Shown here: piece after piece, positions 33,862 to 44,156 of the stretch
Layout: each line of letters starts with the position of its first letter
Numbering within the stretch: the first letter of the stretch is position 1
Assembly: GCA_963810095.1 (NCBI GenBank)
Contig: CAWEMM010000006.1
Span: forward strand, 864,001-928,000
Source of the DNA: an uncultured Chloroflexia bacterium
Lineage (GTDB): Bacteria; Chloroflexota; Anaerolineae; CG2-30-64-16
DNA: 64,000 nucleotides
Direction: 5' to 3'
Position numbers and translations under genes: made by a program
The notes under the pieces: model-generated
The model's input: only the letters and a program-made list of their open reading frames with translations
What the model was told of the DNA's origin: nothing
The model's database searches: none

Positions 33862-35469
33862 TTACGCCTTTGCGCGCATCTGGCTCATGGCATATTCGCT
33901 TAGCGCGGTCGTCGTCAGGCTCGGATTGACACCCGGGTTCGCCGGCATGATCGAGTTGTCCATCACGTACAGACCCGGATAGTTGTGCACCTGGCAATCC
34001 AGCCCGATCACGCCTTCGTCGGCGTTGAGCCCCATGGGCGCGCCGCCCAGGATGTGGGCCGTCATGGGCACTCCGAAGAGCGATTCGCTCACCGACGCGG
34101 CCGGCACGCCGCCGATCTTGTTGGCAAACTCGTAGGTCACGTCGTGGGCCTGCTCGACCTCACCCATCTTCTGATCTTCCCCCAGGTGCGACACGAGGCC
34201 CTTGCGTCCCATCGTCAGTGCGCTGCGGCCGAGGCGCACGTGCATATACGTGTCCTCGGTCTGCATGGTGAGGAGGATCGTCGCGTTGCGCGCCCAACCC
34301 GGCTTCGCCATGAGGCGGTAGCTGTCGCCGGGGTAGCGGAAGGTCTTGCCGAACACCTTGCCCAGCCGCTCGCCGATCCCGGGTCCCGCCTCGATCATCG
34401 GCCCCGCCAGAAAGCGCATCAGCGAGGAACCGTTCGGATAGCGAACGGGCTCGAGATAGGTCACCGGATCGATCTGCGTGATCGAGGTGATGGCGATGCC
34501 CTTCGAGTAGTCGGTCGCTTCGTCGCGGGCGATCACGCCGGTCAGCGACTCGCTGTTCGTCCGCACCATGTCGCCCAGACGAGGGGAGAGGTGGGGCAGC
34601 GACTTCGTCACGTCACGACAGCGGAAGAGGATGCGGAGAGTGCCGATCACGCCCGCCGAGACGACGACGTTCCGCGCCCGCACCCGGCGCTCGCCGCCCA
34701 GCCAGTTCGACGTCCGGTGGTAGGCGACCTCGTAGCGCGCACCAGAGGGATCGGTGTCGCCGAGCGGGCGGATGTCGGTGACGTGGCAAAGCGGTCGCAC
34801 CTCGGCGCCGTTCTTCTCCGCGAAATAGAGGTAGTTCTTGACCAGCGTATTCTTGGCGTTGTACCGGCAGCCCACCATGCAGGCGCCGCAGTGTTGGCAC
34901 CCACGCCGCGCCGGACCCGCGCCGCCAAAATATGGATCAGGCACTTCGACACCCTCGGGGCCGAAGAAGGTGCCTACGTTGGTCATCTGGAAGGCTTCGG
35001 GGCGGCCCATCTCCGTGGCGATCTCCTTGATCACCCGGTCGGCGGGCCAGAAGCAAGGGTTCTGAGTAACGCCAAGCATGCGCTTGGCCGTCTCATAATG
35101 CGGCCGGAGCACACGCTTCCAATCCGCGAGGTCGCGCCAGCCGGTCACGTCGAACAGCTTGCCGTCCGGCTCGGTCAGCACATTCGCGTAGCCCAGGCTG
35201 CCGCCGCCCACACCCGAGCCATGGAGCACGACCACGTTGCGGAACGGTGTGAGTTGGAGGATGCCGTACCAGCGCAGTGACGGCATCCAGAGGTATTTCC
35301 AGACCTGCCAGTTGGTCGTGGCGAAGTCCTCGTCGCGGAAGCGCCGGCCCTTTTCCAGGACCAGCACGCTGTACCCCTTCTCGGTGAGACGCATCGCGGC
35401 GACGCTGCCACCAAATCCCGACCCGATCACCACAAAGTCGTAGACCTGATCATCCAACACTTCGGCCAT
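33862..35469 (-). CDS. GMC oxidoreductase, cholesterol oxidase (ChoD)-like
   Basis: IGSGFGGSV, GVGGGSL, CQHCGACMVGC, AKNTL..NYL, TAHILGG, GVNPSLT. Confidence 0.88.
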   Translation of the reverse strand: MAEVLDDQVYDFVVIGSGFGGSVAAMRLTEKGYSVLVLEKGRRFRDEDFATTNWQVWKYLWMPSLRWYGILQLTPFRNVVVLHGSGVGGGSLGYANVLTEPDGKLFDVTGWRDLADWKRVLRPHYETAKRMLGVTQNPCFWPADRVIKEIATEMGRPEAFQMTNVGTFFGPEGVEVPDPYFGGAGPARRGCQHCGACMVGCRYNAKNTLVKNYLYFAEKNGAEVRPLCHVTDIRPLGDTDPSGARYEVAYHRTSNWLGGERRVRARNVVVSAGVIGTLRILFRCRDVTKSLPHLSPRLGDMVRTNSESLTGVIARDEATDYSKGIAITSITQIDPVTYLEPVRYPNGSSLMRFLAGPMIEAGPGIGERLGKVFGKTFRYPGDSYRLMAKPGWARNATILLTMQTEDTYMHVRLGRSALTMGRKGLVSHLGEDQKMGEVEQAHDVTYEFANKIGGVPAASVSESLFGVPMTAHILGGAPMGLNADEGVIGLDCQVHNYPGLYVMDNSIMPANPGVNPSLTTTALSEYAMSQMRAKA

Positions 35470-35537
35470 GCCCCACCTCTTTCCGCTGAGTCAGGGTTTG
35501 ACCGCCCGGCTGCCCCGCAGCCGGGTCGCCGAACCCC

Positions 35538-36098
35538 CTACCCCCCAAACACGAACGGTGCATTCTCAAGGTACGCGGACAGCGACTGCGCCCGAGCGTC
35601 ACGTTCCGAAAGCAGCGGCTCGGTCGTTGGCCACTCGATCCCCAGCGCAGGATCGTTCCAGCGGATGCCCTGCTCCTGTGCCGGCGCATAGACGTGGCTC
35701 GTCTTGTACAAGACGTCGGCCACCTCGCTGAGCACGCAGAAACCGTGCGCAAACCCCGCCGGAATGTATAACTGCTTGAAGTTGGCCGCGCTCAACTCGA
35801 CCCCGACCCACTGGCCGAACGTCGGCGAACCCTTACGTATATCGACGGCAACGTCCCACACCGCGCCCGACACGACCCGCAGCAGCTTAGCCTGCGCTGC
35901 GGGGGGCAGTTGAAAATGCAGTCCGCGAAGGGTGTGGCGAACCGAGCGGGAGTGGTTGTCCTGAACAAATGCGGTGTCGATTCCTGCAGCGTGCCAGACC
36001 TCTGCATTATAGGTCTCGCAGAAAAAACCGCGCGTATCCTCGAATACGCGTGGGGTAAAGATCAGCACGCCCGGGAGCGAGGTGGTCTCGATGGTCAT
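35538..36098 (-). CDS. rfbC: dTDP-4-dehydrorhamnose 3,5-epimerase
   Basis: DTRGFF, QDNHSRS, LRGLHFQ, GFAHGF, IRWNDP. Confidence 0.95.
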   Translation of the reverse strand: MTIETTSLPGVLIFTPRVFEDTRGFFCETYNAEVWHAAGIDTAFVQDNHSRSVRHTLRGLHFQLPPAAQAKLLRVVSGAVWDVAVDIRKGSPTFGQWVGVELSAANFKQLYIPAGFAHGFCVLSEVADVLYKTSHVYAPAQEQGIRWNDPALGIEWPTTEPLLSERDARAQSLSAYLENAPFVFGG

Positions 36099-36212
36099 GC
36101 GTGCATTCTACCACAAGCCACTGGGAGAAACCAGGTTCGAGACAAAACCCTGATTTCATTTACGCGCTAATCGTGATATAATCGCAGTAGTATTAAAGTG
36201 GCGGGAGGCGTT

Positions 36213-36929
36213 ATGACTTTGGAGAACCGCACTATCGTAATTACCGGCGCATCGGGTGCGCTCGGCGCGCAACTGGCAGCCGACCTGGGGCGTGCCGGCG
36301 CCAACCTCGCGCTGTTGGAGCGCGACCCCGCGAAACTGGCGGCCCTGGCGGGCGCCCTCGGCCTGCCCGCCGGGCGCGTCTTCACCCACCCGGTCGACCT
36401 ACTTGATGGGGAGGCTGCCCGGCGGGCCGGCGCGGCGGTGCTTGGCCGCTACGGCCGCGCCGACGCGTTGATCCACCTGGTTGGCGGTTGGACCGGCGGG
36501 AAGACCTTGCCCGACACGCCCGCGTCCGACCTGGCAGCCATGCTCAACCAACACGTCTGGACCACCTTTAACGTGCTACAGGCGTTCGTCCCCCACCTCG
36601 TCGCGAACCGCTGGGGCCGCATCGTCGTCGTGAGTTCCAATGCGTCGACCCGACCTACGGCCAAGGGCAGCGCCTACGCGGCCGGGAAGGCCGGGCAAGA
36701 AGCTCTCATTCTGACGGCATCCCAGGAACTGAAGGGAACGGGCGTGACGGCCAACTTGCTGCTGGCCAAGGCAATCGACGCGAAGCGCGAGAAGGTCTCG
36801 GCAGCCAGCGCGGAGAACGCGAGTTGGAGCACGCCCGAAGAGCTATCGGGCGTCGTCCAGTTCCTGTTGTCCGACGCCGCTGCAACCGTCAACGGTGCCC
36901 GGCTGCCAGTGTTTGGGAGTTACGCCTGA
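36213..36929 (+). CDS. Short-chain dehydrogenase/reductase
   Basis: ITGASGALG, YAAGK (YxxxK); TATAAT at 36177-36182. Confidence 0.9.
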   Translation: MTLENRTIVITGASGALGAQLAADLGRAGANLALLERDPAKLAALAGALGLPAGRVFTHPVDLLDGEAARRAGAAVLGRYGRADALIHLVGGWTGGKTLPDTPASDLAAMLNQHVWTTFNVLQAFVPHLVANRWGRIVVVSSNASTRPTAKGSAYAAGKAGQEALILTASQELKGTGVTANLLLAKAIDAKREKVSAASAENASWSTPEELSGVVQFLLSDAAATVNGARLPVFGSYA

Positions 36930-37166
36930 AGCAGATCAGGCCTGCATCCCGCGCTGCCCGACAACGCGGGATGAAACAGGACACCAAGTGAACGGATTCG
37001 ACTGATTATCACGATCTTTTCCGGAAGGACAGTGCGATCAGTTCAATCAGTTGTATCAGTGCCCCATTTCAGATCAGTGACGGCCTTACCAGGAACCGTC
37101 ATTCATACAACTGCGTCACGGGGTCAAGAAGCCCTGCTTTCCCCTCATAGCCCAAAGGAGGAGTCT

Positions 37167-38216
37167 ATGTCCACCCGCAGTCGCACCATTGCCCTGGTCG
37201 CACTGCTCGCACTCGTCCTGGTCGCCGCCATTGCCTGCGGCAGCCCGGCCGCCGCCCCTGCCGCCCAGGTAGCCCCGGCTGCCACATCGGCGCCCGCGGC
37301 CCAGGAGGCCCCCGCTGCCCCCGCGCAGCCGGCGTTCCCCGAGCCCTCGGTTCAGGATCGGGGCGCGGGCTCGGGCGAAGCAGAGGTGCAGCCCACCGCT
37401 CCCCCCGTCATCGAGACGGGCGGCTCGCCATCGAACCGCAAGATCATCAAAGACGCGGAGATGAACCTCGTCGTCGACCAGATCGTGCGAGCTGTCGACC
37501 GCGTGACCACGATCGCTGCGACTGCCGGCGGCTATGTCCTCTCGACCGAGCTATCGAGTCAAGGTGACGGGAAGACGGCTACCGTGAAGCTGGGCGTGCC
37601 CTCCGAGGCGTTCGAGGACGTGCTCCGCCAGATTCGCGGGACCGCTCTGCAGGTGAAGTGGGAACGCGCCACGGGCTCGGACGTCACGTCCGAGTATGTC
37701 GACCTCCAGTCGCAGCTGACGAACCTCAAGGCGACCCAGGCGCGGCTGCGGACCTTCCTGGACGAGGCCAAGACGGTCGAAGAAGCGCTCAAGGTCAACG
37801 CCGAGCTCAGCAAGATCGAAGGCGAGATCGAGACGATCCAGGGGCGCCTCAACTACCTGGGCAACCGCTCAGCCTACTCGACCGTCACGCTGTATCTCGA
37901 ACAGCTCATGCCCACCGCCACCGTCACACCCACGCCTACCATCACGCCCACACCTAGCGCCACCCCCACGGCCACGCCCATTGTGTGGAAACCGGGTCAG
38001 ACGTTTGAGTCGGCGCAAATCACGCTGCAATACGTGCTGCGCGGCCTGGGCGATTTCGCCATCTGGGCCGGCGTGGTGTGCGTGCCGCTGGGGATCATCG
38101 CGCTGATCCTGCTGCTGCCCGTGTTGTGGCTGCGCCGCCGGGCAAAGCGCCGCCGGCCCGCAGCGCCGCCGCCGGCCGCACCGCCACCGCCGCAGCCGCC
38201 GCAGGATAAGCTGTAG
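37167..38216 (+). CDS. DUF4349 domain lipoprotein with C-terminal TM helix
   Basis: Lipobox AIAC; RKIIKDA, DVTSEYVD, IETIQGRLNYL; RBS AAGGAGG. Confidence 0.88.
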   Translation: MSTRSRTIALVALLALVLVAAIACGSPAAAPAAQVAPAATSAPAAQEAPAAPAQPAFPEPSVQDRGAGSGEAEVQPTAPPVIETGGSPSNRKIIKDAEMNLVVDQIVRAVDRVTTIAATAGGYVLSTELSSQGDGKTATVKLGVPSEAFEDVLRQIRGTALQVKWERATGSDVTSEYVDLQSQLTNLKATQARLRTFLDEAKTVEEALKVNAELSKIEGEIETIQGRLNYLGNRSAYSTVTLYLEQLMPTATVTPTPTITPTPSATPTATPIVWKPGQTFESAQITLQYVLRGLGDFAIWAGVVCVPLGIIALILLLPVLWLRRRAKRRRPAAPPPAAPPPPQPPQDKL

Positions 38217-38273
38217 GATGTGCAGAGGTGCCCGGCGCTTCCACAGTGCCGGGCACCCCGGACGGGAGGGGAC

Positions 38274-38720
38274 ATGGCCTTTCCTTACCGCTTGCTGAGC
38301 TTCTACCCGCCGCTCTTCGGCGCCGGGATTCGGGTACGCGCCGATCCGGGCGACCCGTACACCATGAGCAGCCGGCTGGCGCTGCGCTGGTACAACCGGA
38401 ACGTCTGGGGCACCCACTTCGGCGGCTCACTGTACGCTATGACCGACCCGTTCTTCGCACTCATCCTCATCAAGACACTCGGCCCCGGCTACAGCGTATG
38501 GGACAAGTCCGCGTGCGTTACGTTTGTGCGGCCGGGTGCGGGAACCATGCGCGCTACGTTTCACATCGACAAGGAAGAGGTCGAGGCGATCCGCCGGCAC
38601 GCGGATGCGGGCGAGACGCTGGAGCCCACCTACGAGGTGGACGTGACGAACGAAGCGGGCAAGGTCGTCGCGCACGTGCAGAAGGTGGTGCACGTCCGCA
38701 AGCAGGCGGCCAAGGCGTAG
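38274..38720 (+). CDS. DUF4442 hotdog-fold (thioesterase-like) protein
   Basis: YPPLFGAGIRV, NRNVWGTHFGGSLYAMTDPF, VWDKSA. Confidence 0.88.
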   Translation: MAFPYRLLSFYPPLFGAGIRVRADPGDPYTMSSRLALRWYNRNVWGTHFGGSLYAMTDPFFALILIKTLGPGYSVWDKSACVTFVRPGAGTMRATFHIDKEEVEAIRRHADAGETLEPTYEVDVTNEAGKVVAHVQKVVHVRKQAAKA

Positions 38721-38970
38721 GGCCGGCGCTCGGTCGCCCTCGCCGGGCTCACTCACGCAGACGCTTTCATCACCAGCAGGCCGCCCATTCATCTTCCAGT
38801 CATCTTCCGGCGCGACATTGGACAAGTCGCAAAGAGCTACCAGGCTGTGATTTCAACAGGTCTTTCAGAAGCGCACGAATCAGGCATCCTTCGACGCAAT
38901 CATCAAGAACCTGTTGGAACTACGGCCTGCTGGGCCCTGGTGTACGTCTGACACGCAACGGAGCGTCCGA

Positions 38971-41900
38971 ATGACTCGCCGCCTCTTGCTCCTCCTCCTG
39001 CTGCTCGCCCTGCTGCCTGCCATGCCAACCTGGCCCGTCATCGCCGAGGCAGACGCCACCGGCTCCATTTCCGGCCGCGTGACCGACATTCTCACCGGCG
39101 CGCCGCTGGAGGGAGCGACCGTCGAGGACTACAGCTCGTCAATCGAGGCCACTACCGACGCAGATGGTCGCTACCGGCTGGTCAACGTACCAGAGGGAAA
39201 ACGCTACCTTCGTTTCGACCATCCCCGCTATGCCTCCGAGTATTATGTCGACGCGCCCCGGCTGTTCCTCGCGACGCCCGTCGAGGTGAAGGCGGGCAAA
39301 GAAACGACCGGCATCGACGCGGCGCTGGGACCAGGCGGGCGGATCAGTGGGCGGGTGACGGACCTGGAGACGGGTGCGGGGCTGGCGGGCGTGCGGGTGC
39401 GCGCGCTGCAGCCCGACCTGCGCCCGTGGTGGCCGTGGCGCAGCGTGCGCGAGGCGGTGACCGGGGCGGACGGCCGCTACGCGATCGAAGGGCTGTGGAC
39501 AGACGTATACCACGTCGACTTCGTGGACGAGGCGGGCGACCACGCGACGCAGGGCTACGGCGCGAGCGTGGCCGTGCTGACCGGCGAAGAGGTCGAGGGG
39601 ATCGACATCGCGCTCCAGCACGAGGGGCACATCGCAGGCCAGGTAACGGACCTGGTGACTGGCGAGCCGCTGGCGGGCGTGACCGTGTCCCTCCTTGGCG
39701 TGGACTCGGGCGGCGATTTGGTCGCCGCGGTCGAGACGGATTCCAACGGGCTCTACGCGGCGACCTCGCTGGTGGCGGGGGAGTACTGGCTGCACTTCGA
39801 GCCGCACGACAAAACCCACGCGGCGCGCCACTACGGGGGGGAGGCGGAGTTCGACTCGAAGTCGCAGCGCGTGCGGGTTGAGGTGGGGCGGACCACGGCC
39901 GGGGTGGACCAGCAACTGCCCGAGCTGGCCGCGATCACCGGCCGCGTGACAGATGCGACCACCGGCGCGGGGCTGCGCGGGATCGGCGTCTACCTGGACT
40001 GGTACAGCGAGTACCGTGCGCCGCATGTGACCACCCACCCCGACGGCACATACATTATTCCCAGCGTAACGCCGGGAAAGCATACGGTGTGGGTGCATGA
40101 TCCGAACGGTGCGTATCGCGACGGCCCGGCGACCCAGTTGGACGACACCGAGACGGTCGCGGTCGAGGAGGGGCGCGTCAGCCGGGCGGTCAATGCCGCG
40201 CTGACGCCTTTGTCAGCGAGCCTTCGCAAGATCACTGGCACCGTAACGGACGTGGTGACGGGGCAGCCGCTGGCGGGCATCCGAGCAACGGTTTACGACT
40301 GCTGGCAGTCCTATCATTTGGAATGTTGGGACACCGGTGCCGTTTCGACGGACGCGGCGGGCCAGTACACTTTCTACGATCCGGGGTCTGCCTGGGGCAT
40401 CACCTTCACCGATCCGAACAACGCGTATTTGGCGGAGGACGCACCCAACTTTCGACTGCCTGGCCCGGACGAGGTCGTTGTTCTCGATGCGGCCCTGCAG
40501 CGGTACGATAGGGTGCATGGCGGTATCGCAGGCAAGGTAACAGCCCTTACGACAGGCGAGCCATTGGCCGGCCAGGCGGTCTGCGCACACGACGCGGCAT
40601 GGAGCAGCTACGGCTGCTCGCACACGGCCGCCGATGGGACGTACCGCATCGACGGGCTGACGATAGGACAGCACCAGGTGGTGTTCGGCTCAGGCAACTG
40701 GATAGGCGCCCGGCACGGACAGCAGTCGTATAGCTCGCCGGTGACGGTCAGGCCCAACGAGATCACCCCGAACATCGACGGCGCGCTGCCCGAGCAGGGC
40801 CGCATCGCCGGCACAGTCCGCACGACAGCCGGTGGGCCGCTCGCCGGTGCGACTGTCCAAGTGTGCAGCTACAACTGCGACCGCCAGACCACTGCCGCCG
40901 ATGGGACCTACCTAAGCACCTACCTGTCGCCCGGCGCGTGGGACGTGATGGTGAGCAAGTCGACGTATCAGTGGACCCGTCACGCGGAGCCAGTCACAGT
41001 GACGTATGCTTCGGTCACGGCGGGCATTGACATCACCCTCCCCGCCCTGGGCGTCATCGCCGGCCGAGTGATCGACGCGGACACGGGCGCGGCGGTGGAG
41101 GGCGTCACGGTGCAAACGCGGGGCTGGGGATACTCTGCAACGACCAACACCGATGGCCGCTACACGCTCGCCAACCTGGAGCCCCACGCGTACGGCCTGA
41201 AATTCAAGGACGATCGGCAGCGTTACGGTGAGCTGGACTCGACTGAGACGGTCACCGTGACGCTCGATCAAACCGTCACATTCGACGTGCAGCTCATCCC
41301 GAACGGCTACATCACGGGCCGGGTCACGGCCGCGGAGAGCGGCGCGCCCCTGGGTGGGATTGAGGTGCGGGCCAACTACCCGTGGTCCACGACGACCGCC
41401 CCCGACGGGACGTACAAGATCGGCCCGCTGCCCGACGGCGACTATCAGGTGCGCTTTTGGGACGGCTGGCTGCTGCGGCGGATGGAGTACTACTGGGAGG
41501 CGACCGGCTACAACAGCTACACGCCCGTCACGGTGCGCCACGGCGAGACGACGACAGGCATCGACGAGAGTATGGACCTGCTGGCGTGGGCGCGCGGCCG
41601 GGTGATCGACGCGGACACGGGCGCGCCGCTCTCAGGGATCAAGGTCTGGGGCAGCGGCGAATGGCCGAAGTACAACCCGGTCAACACCGACTCGGAAGGC
41701 CGCTATGAGTTGAAGGGCCTGAACGACGGCACGTACAGCCTGACCGCGCAGGACAGCAGCCACCTCTACATTGACGGCGCGAGCGACAAGCTGGCCTTCC
41801 AGGCCGGCCAGATCGTCGACGTACCCGACATCAAGCTCAAGCGGTGGGGCGAGTTCGGCGGGACGGTGACGGACGAGCGGACCGGGCAGCCGGTGGCGGG

Positions 41901-42219
41901 CATCTGGGTGGTGTTGTATCACGACGAGGGCGAGGGCGAGTGGTCCACCCAGGGTTATGCGATCACTGCCACGGATGGAACCTACCGCATCAGGGGCATG
42001 TACGACAACCCCGACGTATGCCCGGTGTTCTATGATCCCCGAGCGCGCTACCACGCGCAGTCGTACGGCGGCGGGAAGTCGTTGCTGGACAGCCAGACGG
42101 CCAGCTTCAAGCGCGGTTCGGATACCCGGGGGGTGGATGCCATGCTGGTGCGGCGGGGCGATGGCCCGCCGCAAGAGCCGCCGCACCCCGTGTGGCTCCC
42201 GCTGGTCGTGCAGCCTTGA
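38971..42219 (+). CDS. Secreted protein with about 11 carboxypeptidase-regulatory-like (transthyretin-fold) repeats
   Basis: Signal peptide; repeated GxIxGxVTD..TG.PL.G...T..DG.Y units; tail VWLPLVVQP. Confidence 0.88.
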   Translation: MTRRLLLLLLLLALLPAMPTWPVIAEADATGSISGRVTDILTGAPLEGATVEDYSSSIEATTDADGRYRLVNVPEGKRYLRFDHPRYASEYYVDAPRLFLATPVEVKAGKETTGIDAALGPGGRISGRVTDLETGAGLAGVRVRALQPDLRPWWPWRSVREAVTGADGRYAIEGLWTDVYHVDFVDEAGDHATQGYGASVAVLTGEEVEGIDIALQHEGHIAGQVTDLVTGEPLAGVTVSLLGVDSGGDLVAAVETDSNGLYAATSLVAGEYWLHFEPHDKTHAARHYGGEAEFDSKSQRVRVEVGRTTAGVDQQLPELAAITGRVTDATTGAGLRGIGVYLDWYSEYRAPHVTTHPDGTYIIPSVTPGKHTVWVHDPNGAYRDGPATQLDDTETVAVEEGRVSRAVNAALTPLSASLRKITGTVTDVVTGQPLAGIRATVYDCWQSYHLECWDTGAVSTDAAGQYTFYDPGSAWGITFTDPNNAYLAEDAPNFRLPGPDEVVVLDAALQRYDRVHGGIAGKVTALTTGEPLAGQAVCAHDAAWSSYGCSHTAADGTYRIDGLTIGQHQVVFGSGNWIGARHGQQSYSSPVTVRPNEITPNIDGALPEQGRIAGTVRTTAGGPLAGATVQVCSYNCDRQTTAADGTYLSTYLSPGAWDVMVSKSTYQWTRHAEPVTVTYASVTAGIDITLPALGVIAGRVIDADTGAAVEGVTVQTRGWGYSATTNTDGRYTLANLEPHAYGLKFKDDRQRYGELDSTETVTVTLDQTVTFDVQLIPNGYITGRVTAAESGAPLGGIEVRANYPWSTTTAPDGTYKIGPLPDGDYQVRFWDGWLLRRMEYYWEATGYNSYTPVTVRHGETTTGIDESMDLLAWARGRVIDADTGAPLSGIKVWGSGEWPKYNPVNTDSEGRYELKGLNDGTYSLTAQDSSHLYIDGASDKLAFQAGQIVDVPDIKLKRWGEFGGTVTDERTGQPVAGIWVVLYHDEGEGEWSTQGYAITATDGTYRIRGMYDNPDVCPVFYDPRARYHAQSYGGGKSLLDSQTASFKRGSDTRGVDAMLVRRGDGPPQEPPHPVWLPLVVQP

Positions 42220-42304
42220 GGTGTCCTACGCGCAAGAAGCCGGGTTTTGCGCCGCCAGGGGCGGCGTTGGCAGAAACCCGGCTTCTTTGCTATAATCGCC
42301 CCAT

Positions 42305-43828
42305 ATGAGCGGAGAAGCCAAAGTGCTCACCGGCTTGCTTCAGCGCCGGGCACTGGAACAGGCATTCGCTGAGCTGGGCCGGACTACCGATCCGGCTGCA
42401 GTCCAACAGCAGGCACAGGCCATCGCCGAGTACGGTTCGGCGGCGCTCCAACATCTCCTGACGTTGCTGGATACGCCCGATCCTCAATTGCGCGGCGGCC
42501 TGGGACAGGTCGCGCGTCATTTGCCCCGCGAACAAGTGGTGCCGGCGTTACGCGGCAGTTGCCCGCGCCCGAGAACGCAGCGACCAGGCGCGCCTTGCGG
42601 CGGTCACGCTGCTCGAGAGGTTCCTGGGCGAGTCGATCGACGGACGCGCTTGCTGGCAGACCTGGGCAACCCGGACTCGGCGGCCCGCCAGTCGCTGCTC
42701 GAGCTGATCGCAGCGATGGACGACGAGCCGCTCAGCGTTGTGGAGTACCTGGAGCAGCTCGGCCAGCAACCGCCCGAGGTCGTCGGCATGGTGCTTGAGG
42801 CGCTGCCCGCCGTGGAACACACCTCGGCGGGGGCCGGTTCGCACCTGGCCACCTTCCTGCGGATGCTTGCGCAGGGGGAGGACGCCCGTGTCGCCCGCCG
42901 CTCCATCGACGAGCTGGTCCGGCTGCGCACGCCGGCCGCTATCCGCGCGCTGGCGAGCCTTGTGCCCAACCTGCCTCCGACGTTGGCGCCCGCCGCCGAG
43001 CGCGGCCTGCGCAAGCTGCGCTTCAGCGGCGTGCGACGAGGCACGGATCACGACCCGGACCGCGAGCCGTGGTATGCGCCCGAGCTGCGCTGGCGGGCGC
43101 TCATCTCGCCTGTCGACGCGTCGGGCGGGCAGTTCATGTGGTTTGTCGGCGCGCCTGTGCTCACCGGCAGCGAGGTTCCAGCAGAGGAACGCAGGCGGGT
43201 CGTGTTTTTCACGGTGATGGCGCAGGATCCGAGCGGAGTAAGTGACGCGTCGGGTTCCCTCGACGCGACGGCGGACCATGCGCCGCACAAGCGCCGGGAA
43301 GGCGCGCTGCACTTCATCGTCGGCGATGGGTCCTTGCCGGGCGTGACCCTGCTCGAGGCTCCGTTTGCCATGGCCTGTTCCGAGCTGCGCGCGGCCCTGG
43401 CCCTGAACTGGGCCGCCGGCATCCCGGCGCCGATTGGCTACCGGCTGTTCTCGCCGCTGATTTGGCTCAACGAGCAGACGCGTCCGAACCCGCGGAGGTG
43501 TCGCCACAACCCGACCTGAGCCTGGGCGAATCGGAGCTGCTGCCGGCACTCGAGCATCCGGCGTTCTTTGGCTGGTTCGCCGGCCTCGAGGGACCCGAGC
43601 TCACGCCCGCACAGGCTGCCTCCTCCGCCGCGCCGGTTCCGCACCATGAGCCGCTGGCTCGCGTCGGCCGGCGATCCGGAGGTCGCCGTCCTGGCGGCGA
43701 CGATCGCTTACCACTTCGACAATACGACGCCATTGGCGTCAACCATCCTGGCCACTGCGCTCCTGGCACAAACCGGCGACAGAGGACAGGAGCTAGAAGA
43801 CCAATCCAAGGAGAATCGCAATGTTTAA
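42305..43828 (+). CDS. Hypothetical helical (HEAT-like) protein with several frameshifts
   Basis: Coding-like segments across ORFs 42305-43519, 43462- and 43568-43828; extended -10 TGCTATAAT at 42288-42296 suggests a near-leaderless mRNA. Confidence 0.55.
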
Positions 43829-44039
43829 TCTCGGTGGTTGGGAATGGGCCATTCTGCTGGTCATCGTCCTCATCGTGTTCGGCGTCGGCAAGCTGCCGCA
43901 AATCGGCGGCGCCATCGGCAAGAGCATCCGCGAGTTCCGCGAGGCCTCGAAAGACGAGCCAAAAGAAGAGCCGAAGGACAAGGCTGCCGCTGAAACCGCC
44001 GCAGCCGCCGACGCGGTCAAGACCGACAAGGTTGACTGA
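43821..44039 (+). CDS. tatA: Twin-arginine translocase subunit TatA/E
   Basis: WE..ILLVIVLIVFGVGKLPQIGGAIGKSIREFR; RBS AAGGAG. Confidence 0.95.
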   Translation: MFNLGGWEWAILLVIVLIVFGVGKLPQIGGAIGKSIREFREASKDEPKEEPKDKAAAETAAAADAVKTDKVD

Positions 44040-44156
44040 AAAGGTGGCGCAGCGGATCAGGGAACGGGTCGACGGATGGAGATGCGGGCATCGGAAAACG
44101 CGATCCGTTAATCCGTTCCCGCATCCGTTGCGTCGATCTCCCCGGGACGCGTCCCC

